Below, in pieces: positions 44,113 to 52,910 of a DNA stretch of 64,000 bases. Numbering within the stretch: position 1 is the first letter of the stretch; each line of letters starts with the position of its first letter. Position numbers and translations under genes: made by a program. The DNA comes from Candidatus Adlerbacteria bacterium (GTDB lineage: Bacteria; Patescibacteriota; Minisyncoccia; Phycocordibacterales; SBAW01), in assembly GCA_026397405.1 (NCBI GenBank), contig JAPLUW010000001.1, positions 171,138 through 235,137 on the forward strand. The letters run 5' to 3'. The notes beneath the pieces were generated by a model. It searched no databases and had not been told where the DNA came from. It saw only the letters and a program-made list of their open reading frames with translations.

Positions 44113-45528
44113 TTGAATTATGAGCTGGGCAGAAGTTGTTACCTCTATACAATATTTTTTACATTATACATCCATCAAAGTATTGCAAAAAAGCTAGAAC
44201 ATGGCATAGTTTTGGCACATATGCACGAGATAAAGTTGCCGAAGGTACTATTCCTAGTTTTAGTGATAGCACGCCATTTTCACAAAAAGCATATCATAAA
44301 TACAAACGATCTAGCTGATTTGGCCAATAAGTTTGCCAGTGAGCTAGTTAGGCTCAAAAAGACAAAGAAGGACTACAAATCCTTGGAGGATACTAAGTTT
44401 GGAGGCCTGCGAGGTAATTTTTCAACCGTGCTCACTTTTCGTGGCATGGTAAAGAGAGGTAGCCGCATTATTTCTTACTATGGGATAGGTCGGGACGACC
44501 GCATTCTTAATGCACTTCTGAAAGGAGAGATCGTTTTACGCGAATCAGACTTTACAGCTCATACAAACAATGAAAAATTGAAGGATCTACTTGAAACAGA
44601 AGCCCATCTGTTAAATGTCCGTGAGGATCAGGCACATATAAAGTTGCGTCTTGAAAAAGGAGATATCCCTCTCAAGAGGGATGATGTGAGTTTCCCAAAA
44701 GAATCTGTCGTATATAGTCCATCGGGACAATATTTCATACGTGGTTTATTCAACAATTACATAAACCGAGGGAAAAACTTGGTGGAGTACAATATTACAA
44801 ATTTGTGGTTTGGAACAAAGTTTAAAAAGAAAAATATACATCTCCTCTTAGCTGTACCTTCTGCATCTGATTCGTGGGATAAAATTTATGCAGTAAAAAA
44901 CGAGGAACTTATTAAACACAAACCACTTCTTTTGATAGTGGATGTCGATAAATTGTCCTGTACGGACAAAGATGGAAATAATTATAGGCTTTATCCCCTC
45001 GAAGAAGCCCTATTAAGTTTCTCAAAAGCAGAAGAAAATATTTCCGAGCGACTAGCCTATAATTCCAAAAAGGTGGTTGAGGACAATTGTGAAGATGAAG
45101 TTGAGGATAGAGAGATGCAGGAAGATGAATTTTCTATATTTCTCGAAAAGTTCTTACACTGGGGAAAGCTTTTTTCTATAGATAAGAAAGATGTGATCGA
45201 TATAAAAGTCTCAAGTTCCGGAGGTCCCGATGTTCGCTTAATATTTTCTGGAGGTACAACGCAGGCTTTAGAGTTGGAGCATAATTGGAAAAACTATATT
45301 GATCACGGTCATCCCACTAACGGGGCATTCTCTAACTGTTGGATATTTGCAGAAGAAAATTGGGATCCACAGAGAATCCTAAAACTCTTCAGAGAACTCA
45401 AAAAAATACATGGTGTACGTATTCCGGATGTTTTTCTTTGTTTGGATAATGGGGTACGAAAGGCTTATAGAGCCAATTGGGATGAAGAGACCTTCGAAGA
45501 AATAGATTTAGATTTTCCTATCTCTTAA
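44113..45528 (+). CDS. Large hypothetical protein, candidate restriction endonuclease/specificity partner of the adjacent methyltransferases (true start possibly at 44221, MHEIK...)
   Basis: 471-aa ORF only 6 nt from the divergent nuclease gene start, so an internal start is likely; C-terminal PDVRLIFSGGTTQALELEHNWK weakly resembles a PD-ExK core; 4-nt overlap with downstream Dam-like MTase. Confidence 0.4.
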   Translation: MNYELGRSCYLYTIFFTLYIHQSIAKKLEHGIVLAHMHEIKLPKVLFLVLVIARHFHKKHIINTNDLADLANKFASELVRLKKTKKDYKSLEDTKFGGLRGNFSTVLTFRGMVKRGSRIISYYGIGRDDRILNALLKGEIVLRESDFTAHTNNEKLKDLLETEAHLLNVREDQAHIKLRLEKGDIPLKRDDVSFPKESVVYSPSGQYFIRGLFNNYINRGKNLVEYNITNLWFGTKFKKKNIHLLLAVPSASDSWDKIYAVKNEELIKHKPLLLIVDVDKLSCTDKDGNNYRLYPLEEALLSFSKAEENISERLAYNSKKVVEDNCEDEVEDREMQEDEFSIFLEKFLHWGKLFSIDKKDVIDIKVSSSGGPDVRLIFSGGTTQALELEHNWKNYIDHGHPTNGAFSNCWIFAEENWDPQRILKLFRELKKIHGVRIPDVFLCLDNGVRKAYRANWDEETFEEIDLDFPIS

Positions 45529-46565
45529 TTTTCCCCCGTTACAAGCACTTCTCTGATATTTTTTATAGTGCCCCTACCCTGCATAGAATGAGAGTGTTTA
45601 AAATAATATACACGAACTTTTTTAAAATATTTTTTACATATGGCTTTTAATTCCGTTGAAGTTATCAACCCACTCTCTGAATAACTAATTGCTACTTTCG
45701 CGCCTATATTTGAGGCGTGGCTTACTATAAAATCAAATTCTCCACTTACTTTGCTTGGGTAACAAAAATCTGACTGAAAACGATCTTGTCTATAAAGCCC
45801 CTTGTGACTAAGCTTGGGGTAATCATATTTGACTGCTGTTTCTAGCAAATGGTAGAAACGGGAATATTGTGCAGGAGAATATGGCGGGTCAATATATACA
45901 AGCTTCACTCCCCTCAAGTATTTTTTGATATTTTTATCTGTAAATAAATTTCTGTAATCCATCGAAACTACCTTGTTTTGGAAATTAGAGAAAAGTATGT
46001 GGTTTTCCAATAATTTTTTTGTAAATGCATCAAGGATACTCAGCTTTCGAAGAGTTTTTAATCGGGGGTGATCCTTGGGCATATATTGCGCAAAATGTCC
46101 GGGACTAGATTGACAATGACCCATAGCATATATCAGCGCGGTAAGATAAATCGCTTTTTTCTTTGTATCTTTGACTTTATCTATGGCAAACCGGACATTG
46201 TCTATTTCCACACATTGCTCTTTAGTGAAATAAGTATCTGTGTAGTATTTTTGAAATAGTTTGTAAGTTTTATTTTTAGAAAGATGTGGATATATATCTC
46301 TTTCAAGATCTTCAGCAGATAGACGTACTTTGTTGTTTTCTATTCTTGCGATACCTATAACTTTTGAATACTCTTGTACATCATTGCCAATGATGGGATG
46401 GTTTGGCTTCAATGCATATCCTATCGAATGAGTGCCCGCCATCAAATCAAGAATTTTATCTCCTTTTGAAACCATTCTTTCGAGAATTGGGGCTATGCGA
46501 TCAAGTAATTTTATTTTAGACCCCATATATCTCATGATATATGTCTTGGGATATTCCTTTTTCAT
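45525..46565 (-). CDS. Dam-family (D12 class) DNA N6-adenine methyltransferase
   Basis: 346 aa; motif I-like YMGSKIKLLDRIAPIL and catalytic DPPY. Confidence 0.8.
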   Translation of the reverse strand: MKKEYPKTYIMRYMGSKIKLLDRIAPILERMVSKGDKILDLMAGTHSIGYALKPNHPIIGNDVQEYSKVIGIARIENNKVRLSAEDLERDIYPHLSKNKTYKLFQKYYTDTYFTKEQCVEIDNVRFAIDKVKDTKKKAIYLTALIYAMGHCQSSPGHFAQYMPKDHPRLKTLRKLSILDAFTKKLLENHILFSNFQNKVVSMDYRNLFTDKNIKKYLRGVKLVYIDPPYSPAQYSRFYHLLETAVKYDYPKLSHKGLYRQDRFQSDFCYPSKVSGEFDFIVSHASNIGAKVAISYSESGLITSTELKAICKKYFKKVRVYYFKHSHSMQGRGTIKNIREVLVTGEN

Positions 46566-47893
46566 TCTTCTTTCCGGAATATAAGAATCCAGTCATGATT
46601 CATAATCCCACTGTACGAATTCCTCGAGGTGAGTAAGGATCTTGAGTTTTCATCAAAGCTATCCTTGAAACAAGCTATGGATTTTAGATTGAGATCCTCT
46701 GCAATTTGCAGAAAATGCTCGTGGGTTTTTATTTTTTCATTTCTAACTGTACTATCACTAATCTTCATTACTAAGTGGCCATTCTTTTTTAGAACTCTGT
46801 TCATTTCACTCATACTTTTTCGCATATCGTTAAAATATTGAGAAACGACTTTAGCCATTTTGTGCTGACCATCTCTCTTAAGCTGAAAGATTTGTTTATC
46901 TAATTTAGGAAAGCCAGTCAGCATTGTATCCTCCAAATCTTTCTTATAGAATCGTTCTGTGCCTACAAGTTTTGTATCGAGAGAAAGGTATTCCTTCTGG
47001 TTACCTATAAAACCTAACCATCCCATTTCTATTTTTAAGGTTTCTAAGTAACGTATAGAGCTTATATACGGAGGATTCACCACTATTAAATCAATTCCTC
47101 TTATCTCCTTCGGAAGATCTCTCGAATCGCCTTCTATTGCTTTTATTTTTGCCCTATTAACGGGTAGAGCGTCTAAATAGTCCAACCGGCGCTTTATTGT
47201 TCTCGTAAAAGACGCCTTGACGTCTATTTTTCTTTTACCTTCGGCGTCTAATTTTCTCAGACGCTTACTATAGCCAGGAAATACATGTCTGGGATCTGCA
47301 TTTGAAACACCACGTAGAAATGCTGAAAAAGATGCCAGGAAGAAATCCCTAACGTCCCCCTCTGGTAGCTCCAGTATATTTTTCCTTAGTCTAAGAAGAT
47401 CTTTTTTCGCAAAATCCTTAAACCAATGGTCTATATTTATGCAATAGAATTCAGACTTAGTGGAAAGCTTTGACTTATCTGTATCTATTTTTTTCTGTAA
47501 TTTCTCCCAAGTCTGCTCTACTATTTTTCTATCAATCTTTGTGGTTTTTACTTTAGAAATGAACGTTGCTAACGGATTAATATCCACTCCAAAAGCATTC
47601 CTATTTAAATTCTTCGCCTCTAGAAGAGAGGTGCCAGATCCTGAAAAACTATCGAGTACATAATCTCCTTCCTTCGTGAAATTCTTGATAGCGAAGCCTG
47701 GTATTGCGGGTATAAGTTTGCCGAAATATCGGTGAAACGAATGCATTCCATTTCGATGAATTTCTTTCTCTTTATTTAAGAGCGCCTTGTAGTATTTATT
47801 TGCTGTGATTTCAACGTTCATTTTTGTAGAAATCGCTGGAAAAACATCGGAGGTAATTAATGTCTCGACGTCTGGCTCTCGAAGTTTACTCAT
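46562..47893 (-). CDS. DNA methyltransferase (N6-adenine or N4-cytosine; alpha-type motif order)
   Basis: 443 aa; AdoMet motif DSFSGSGTS, catalytic NPPY (LIVVNPPYIS); 4-nt overlap with Dam-like MTase. Confidence 0.75.
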   Translation of the reverse strand: MSKLREPDVETLITSDVFPAISTKMNVEITANKYYKALLNKEKEIHRNGMHSFHRYFGKLIPAIPGFAIKNFTKEGDYVLDSFSGSGTSLLEAKNLNRNAFGVDINPLATFISKVKTTKIDRKIVEQTWEKLQKKIDTDKSKLSTKSEFYCINIDHWFKDFAKKDLLRLRKNILELPEGDVRDFFLASFSAFLRGVSNADPRHVFPGYSKRLRKLDAEGKRKIDVKASFTRTIKRRLDYLDALPVNRAKIKAIEGDSRDLPKEIRGIDLIVVNPPYISSIRYLETLKIEMGWLGFIGNQKEYLSLDTKLVGTERFYKKDLEDTMLTGFPKLDKQIFQLKRDGQHKMAKVVSQYFNDMRKSMSEMNRVLKKNGHLVMKISDSTVRNEKIKTHEHFLQIAEDLNLKSIACFKDSFDENSRSLLTSRNSYSGIMNHDWILIFRKEE

Positions 47894-48078
47894 ACCTCGT
47901 AATTATACCTCTTTTAAGATAATTGGCTCCGACATTTTTGCCTGAAATTTGGTAAATTTGCTGAAGACATAGAGTTTTACAACAATTCCATGAAATGGAA
48001 AGCATTGTTTGATTAAATTCCCTATCAGTAGCGATATCTCCAATGTAGAGCTTTAATTAACTTGAAACTTGAATATCT

Positions 48079-48393
48079 ATGGAATCTACTGCACTGAAAC
48101 AGAATGCGTGGGGAGGAGCTAGAGTTGGGGCTGGCGCTCCCATTTCCTCAAGAACTCTGGAGACTCAAAAGATACGTGAGCTAATGCTGAAACGCTTGAA
48201 GCCTCGTGCAAAGAAAGTCTTCGATGCTCTCATAGACGCTGCTGAAAATGGAGACGTTGCCGCTACTCGACTACTCTTTGAATATTCTCTTGGCAAACCA
48301 AAAGAGCAGATTGAGCACACGGGAAATATGGGGATCCTTCACTTAATTTCTTCGTTAGAAAAACAAACTAATGCTCGAACGACAGAGAGCTAA
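48079..48393 (+). CDS. Hypothetical small basic protein (island cargo)
   Basis: 104 aa ORF; no recognisable motif. Confidence 0.3.
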   Translation: MESTALKQNAWGGARVGAGAPISSRTLETQKIRELMLKRLKPRAKKVFDALIDAAENGDVAATRLLFEYSLGKPKEQIEHTGNMGILHLISSLEKQTNARTTES

Positions 48394-48913
48394 CTATAGT
48401 CGCCATTTCATTATGTAGGACTGTGAGATCTGTGGAGGTAGCTGAGGGAGGAAGTATGGCAATACTCAGGCGTTCTTTGTTATCCGGCGTATTAACTATG
48501 AGCCAGTCAACATATTTCCCATATTTAACAGATATTGCCTGCTGACCACCAACTTGTATCGTTTCGTATCCTTGGGACACATCGTAGCCAGAATTAGAGC
48601 TTTTAAGCCAGTCTAGAGGCGTTTCAGATGGACTAATCTTTCTAGGGCTAATAACTATTGCTCCTGCCTCCTCAATAGCCTGATTCTTCGTGGAGGCAAT
48701 TGGCAATACATATATCCAACCTCCGTCAGTGTTGTTTGTATCATTACCAACAAGAAAATTATCTGCTGAATATTTGAAGGAGAAGCCAAATTCTGTTGCG
48801 TTATAGGTTTGGATATTTTCTGCCTTGATTGGGTGGTGGAGAATTAAAAAGATTGAAATGAATGCCACCATTATCAGAATCAAAAAGATTAAAAAACTAT
48901 GTCGTTTTTTCAT
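48368..48913 (-). CDS. Hypothetical membrane-anchored secreted protein (island cargo)
   Basis: Start placed at MKKRHSFLIFLILIMVAFISIFLIL (signal anchor); ORF-track ORF extends to 48979. Confidence 0.4.
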   Translation of the reverse strand: MKKRHSFLIFLILIMVAFISIFLILHHPIKAENIQTYNATEFGFSFKYSADNFLVGNDTNNTDGGWIYVLPIASTKNQAIEEAGAIVISPRKISPSETPLDWLKSSNSGYDVSQGYETIQVGGQQAISVKYGKYVDWLIVNTPDNKERLSIAILPPSATSTDLTVLHNEMATIVSSLSFEH

Positions 48914-49302
48914 ACTCCAAAAACAGTTATATACGCTGTTTTGATTACCCAAAAGATTACTACTAGGAAAAGAAACCAACAGAACAAACTCATTAGAAAA
49001 CTTCCAAGTGACTCTGGTTCTTGCTTCATAAACATTAGTTAACTAATAGTTCCAGAGGTGGAAACACAAATCCCACCGCTAGGAGGCTTGCGCCCTATGT
49101 AAGTTTCCCTACATAACATGCAACATGCCCTAACGATGGGGTTTCTATGTTGCATGGTTTTCAACCTTACCTCTGGACTCTTTCCAAAGGGTTAGGTTCT
49201 TTTCTCCCTATTCAATTGTCGAACCCCTTTAGTTTAACGTTCTTTTCAAAATGGCAAAGGAGGCTGTTTAGGAGCAGTTTTTGTGTGTACTATCAAAGCT
49301 AT

Positions 49303-50028
49303 ATGACATGGGTGTCAGATAAGAAAATTCTTGAGCATTTTAGTGATCTCAGAGAAAGGAAGGATTTTTTGAAGTTAGTGGCAAAAGTGCGCCACAATGC
49401 ACACCTTCCTTCTGCTGGCCTAGATATCACAAAAATCATAAAAGAGAATGGGCATTCTATCTTTTTTTGGGAAGCTCATGTATCTACGAACGATCGAAGG
49501 ATTATCGAAAAGGGCGCTAAAGAAATTTTGAAGAGACTTAATCTGGGACCGCATTTAGAAGAAATAATAATCTCTTATATTGCCAAGGGAGATGGTTATG
49601 ACAAAGGTTTGACTTCCAGTGTCTCCGTGACTGTTGGTTGTTTACTATCAGAACAGGACGATCACTTTCTCATGTATATCTATCCTGAGGCAACTCAAAA
49701 CCATACAATCCAGTTTCTGAAGGATAATTGGGACTACATAAAATATTGGCTCCAAGAAAAACATCCAGAGCGGCAAGCGTTGAAGGTTAAGAAGAGAACA
49801 CAGCGTGATCGAGATAGAAAAATTATCGAGCTTTATGATTGGGGAGTTCTAAAAGCTTCGGGAGTATATAACCTAAAAAACGCAAAAGTTTTTTTGGCCA
49901 CAAGAGGGATAGAAGTGGATGATGTTTTGGACATATATAAAAGTTTTAAAAGATTGAACTACGCACTACCCAAACCTGACGCTATCAAAAAGGTAGTTCA
50001 AAGATACAACAAACTTCGCAAGAGTTAA
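49303..50028 (+). CDS. Hypothetical protein (island cargo)
   Basis: Start placed at MTWVSDKKILEH; ORF-track ORF begins at 49147; AT-rich codon usage. Confidence 0.35.
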   Translation: MTWVSDKKILEHFSDLRERKDFLKLVAKVRHNAHLPSAGLDITKIIKENGHSIFFWEAHVSTNDRRIIEKGAKEILKRLNLGPHLEEIIISYIAKGDGYDKGLTSSVSVTVGCLLSEQDDHFLMYIYPEATQNHTIQFLKDNWDYIKYWLQEKHPERQALKVKKRTQRDRDRKIIELYDWGVLKASGVYNLKNAKVFLATRGIEVDDVLDIYKSFKRLNYALPKPDAIKKVVQRYNKLRKS

Positions 50029-50155
50029 ATTAGGGAAGTATTTTCAAAGGAAATATGTCGGCTGGCTGCCGACTCTTTTTATTTTACCGTCAGCGCATGG
50101 TCGAAATTAATAACAACCAAGCGCACACGACAGAACTTCAAGAAATTGAAGACTT

Positions 50156-50584
50156 TTGTGTGCGGTTGGCACCAGAACTCATCAAAATATGGAAGAGAAC
50201 GAAGAGCAGTCCATGAAAAGAATGGGCGAACTCATGCATACTCCTTCCTTTGTTGCAGACGACCCAGACGACGCAAAGTATTCACTAATTATGCACGGCC
50301 TCTGTAAAAAGTACGGAGTAAAAGAGCCTCTGGAGCGTCATATTTTTTCAATCATTGAAAATATGTCCAGAAATATGCTCTGTGTCTACAAATTAGAACA
50401 GTTTGCTAAATATTCAGGCGGCACACCCGAAGAGATAGAAAGGGTGCTTGAAAAGCTTGAACACCGAAACTGCATCGTCAGAGGTAAGGCAAAACAAACG
50501 AATGGTTGGAGATTGACTGAGGAAGTCCGGCGATCTGCAAAATGGTTTAAGGAGGCTATCAAACTGAAAACAAAACATGGGTAA
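50156..50584 (+). CDS. Hypothetical protein (island cargo)
   Basis: 142-aa ORF; internal Met at 50189 is an alternative start. Confidence 0.35.
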   Translation: MCAVGTRTHQNMEENEEQSMKRMGELMHTPSFVADDPDDAKYSLIMHGLCKKYGVKEPLERHIFSIIENMSRNMLCVYKLEQFAKYSGGTPEEIERVLEKLEHRNCIVRGKAKQTNGWRLTEEVRRSAKWFKEAIKLKTKHG

Positions 50585-50905
50585 AATCCTAATTAATTTT
50601 ATAACGAAGTTATAAAAAATTCTTAATTAAGCTTTTTTTAAAAGCTTCTTTATAAAAAAGCCCTAGGAAGGGAGGAAGGTTGATAAGTCTGGCGCTCCCC
50701 CGCTTCGCCTCAGAGGTTGTGGCTTCTTTACCTCCCCTAAGCCTCAAAACTGGTGTTTACGCAGAGAAAGCACGAAGGCTGGGAGGAATCACCACTCTGC
50801 ACAGGTTCCAACGTTCTAAGTGGTTTTACGCAGATTAAAAAAATTAAAAAACTCTGCGGTTTCCAGAAGGATAAAAATAACGAGGTTAACTTAAACAATA
50901 ACAAT

Positions 50906-51244
50906 ATGAAAAAAGCAATTATCTACGCTCGAACAAATTATTGGGGTGAATGGGCAGATATAAATCTATCAGTGCAAGAAAAAAGTTGCCGGCGACATGC
51001 AGAAGCCTACGGCTACACAGTAATCAAAATCTTTAGGGACAAATCCTATAGACGCAGAGAGGGACGGCGTCAGCTACCTCAACTGTTTCAGTATCTACAA
51101 AACAATCCCAACAAAGTTGACGCTCTGTTTATAGCAGAACAAAAAGTACTAGCGGCACATTGGCCGGACTACTTAGCACTCCGTGAAAGATTGAAGACAT
51201 ACGGAGTAAAAATTGAATCAATCAAGTATAGATTAAAAAGATAA
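50906..51244 (+). CDS. Small resolvase-domain protein lacking the catalytic serine (degenerate serine-recombinase paralogue)
   Basis: MKKAIIYARTNYWGEW... aligns with the YxRVSSxxQ catalytic region of the adjacent large recombinase (VIYVRVSSEEQ) but has RTN instead of RVS. Confidence 0.45.
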   Translation: MKKAIIYARTNYWGEWADINLSVQEKSCRRHAEAYGYTVIKIFRDKSYRRREGRRQLPQLFQYLQNNPNKVDALFIAEQKVLAAHWPDYLALRERLKTYGVKIESIKYRLKR

Positions 51245-51273
51245 AGGCACGTTAAAAACCAGATAAAATAATT

Positions 51274-52848
51274 ATGAAAAAGATATCAAAAGAAGTTGAA
51301 CGCCCAAATACCTGCGTCATTTATGTGCGGGTGAGTTCAGAGGAGCAAGTTAGAAATTATAGTTTAGGCAGTCAGGAAAAAGCCTGCAGAGACTACGCGG
51401 GGAGGCAGGGATGGAACGTACTTGAGGTTTTTGTTGAGAAAGGTGAATCTGCAAAAAACTCTGAAAGAACAGAGCTGCAAAAGATGCAACAGTACTGCAT
51501 AAAAAATGCGGATAGAATCGGATATTTACTCATCTATAAAGTGGATAGATTCGCTCGAAACCCTATAGACCACTTTGCAATAAAATTGCTACTCCGTAAC
51601 TGTCGTGTAGAGCTTAGATCGGTCACAGAAGAAATTGACGAAAGTCCTCAAGGGAAATTGTCCGAAGGAATGCTCGCTGTGTTTGCTGAATTTGATAACA
51701 ATATCCGCACTGAACGGAGCGTGGGAGGAATGATATCAAAAGCCCAAGATGGTTGTTGGCCAAGCGTCGCACCTTGGGGATACATGAATATAGAGAATGA
51801 AGCACAAAGAAGAATCATCGTCCCCCATCCAGAGAGAGCTCCTATCGTTAAGTTTATCTTCGAAGAGTTTGTCAGAGGGGCGGTGAGATACAAAGAACTT
51901 GCACTCAAGGTGAATAAGATGAGTGATGTACGCACTCGGCATGGCTGCAAAGTAAGCAAACAGTTGGTCTATAAAACTCTACGCAATCCAATTCATTGCG
52001 GGAGGGTGGTAATTCCAAAATGGAATGTAGATGTGCAAGGCAAACATGAGCCAATAATTTCGAAAGAATTGTTTGAGGAGGCACAGACCATCATGAACAG
52101 CGGGAAGCGGAGCAAGTTACCGAGACATCAGGATAATCCTGACTTCCCTCTTAGAGGACTAATGTGTAGGTGTGGCGCACACTTGTCTGGAGGCTTCAGT
52201 ACTGGCAGAAATCAGAAATACGCCTACTACGGATGTAGTAGAGACTGCTCTTATAGAACAGCTATACGCAAATCAGACTTTGAAGATGATTTCACTGAAT
52301 TCTTGGAATCTATCACTCCTAATCCTGTCGTGCTTGAAGCTCTCAAAGAAGCAATGGTAGTCTCGTACGAAAAAGATAAGGCGGATAATATTCAGCGGGT
52401 ACGAAAAATAGAAGTACGGTTGCAGAAGGTTGAAAAGGAAATGGAGTCGCTCTTGTCTATTAAAATACGTGGATTGATTGACGATGATTATTTCCTACGC
52501 ACGAATGAAAAATTCAAAGCGGAGAAAAGAGAACTGGAGACAGAGTGGAGGGGTATGGAAAACCCAGACGTAGAAGTTAAAAAGGCTGTTGAGTTCGGAA
52601 TTCGGGTAGTCCAAGAGTTCCCTACTATGTGGAGGGAGTTAGAACCTGGAGAGCTTCGGGTTTTAAGAGGTCTATTCTTCCCCCAGAATCTGGTCTTCCA
52701 GTATCGAGGTTTTAAAACCGCTCATTTAGCCCCAATCTACAACCTAAAATCGACAAACGCTGACCAATTGAACCATCAGGGGTGCCTACTGGGAATCGAA
52801 CCCAGATTGCGAGTTCCACAAACTCGAGTGTTAACCGTTACACCATAA
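51274..52848 (+). CDS. Large serine recombinase (phage-integrase type: resolvase catalytic domain + recombinase domain + zinc ribbon + coiled coil)
   Basis: 524 aa; VIYVRVSSEEQ nucleophile region, zinc ribbon CRCGAHLSGGFSTGRNQKYAYYGCSRDC; 3' end of ORF reads through most of tRNA-His. Confidence 0.8.
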   Translation: MKKISKEVERPNTCVIYVRVSSEEQVRNYSLGSQEKACRDYAGRQGWNVLEVFVEKGESAKNSERTELQKMQQYCIKNADRIGYLLIYKVDRFARNPIDHFAIKLLLRNCRVELRSVTEEIDESPQGKLSEGMLAVFAEFDNNIRTERSVGGMISKAQDGCWPSVAPWGYMNIENEAQRRIIVPHPERAPIVKFIFEEFVRGAVRYKELALKVNKMSDVRTRHGCKVSKQLVYKTLRNPIHCGRVVIPKWNVDVQGKHEPIISKELFEEAQTIMNSGKRSKLPRHQDNPDFPLRGLMCRCGAHLSGGFSTGRNQKYAYYGCSRDCSYRTAIRKSDFEDDFTEFLESITPNPVVLEALKEAMVVSYEKDKADNIQRVRKIEVRLQKVEKEMESLLSIKIRGLIDDDYFLRTNEKFKAEKRELETEWRGMENPDVEVKKAVEFGIRVVQEFPTMWRELEPGELRVLRGLFFPQNLVFQYRGFKTAHLAPIYNLKSTNADQLNHQGCLLGIEPRLRVPQTRVLTVTP

Positions 52849-52853
52849 GCACC
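52781..52853 (-). tRNA. tRNA-His (anticodon GTG) with genomically encoded G-1
   Basis: Minus strand GGTGCTTATGGTGTAACGGTTAACACTCGAGTTTGTGGAACTCGCAATCTGGGTTCGATTCCCAGTAGGCACC: 8-bp acceptor including G-1:C73, D-stem GTGT/ACAC, anticodon loop TTGTGGA, T-arm CTGGG-TTCGATT-CCCAG. Confidence 0.8.
52784..52797. repeat. Right direct repeat (att core) GCCTACTGGGAATC within tRNA-His
   Basis: Identical to 42817..42830. Confidence 0.55.
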
Positions 52854-52910
52854 ATATTTCGCACCTGCTGTCCCCTATATATAGCAAACTGCGGCACTAA
52901 GAGCCAGCAA

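Larger units (their letters stand above)
42817..52853. mobile_element. ~10-kb AT-rich genomic island integrated at the 3' end of tRNA-His (serine-recombinase type integrative element carrying restriction-modification/defence cargo)
   Basis: 14-bp direct repeats at both ends; large serine recombinase gene abutting intact tRNA-His; internal genes 43237..52848 are markedly AT-rich compared with flanks. Confidence 0.55.

Noticed and set aside
51274-52848. C-terminal tail of the serine recombinase (…GIEPRLRVPQTRVLTVTP) as a genuine extra domain
   Set aside because: These residues are encoded by the antisense of tRNA-His; more likely the ORF simply runs through the att/tRNA until a chance stop.
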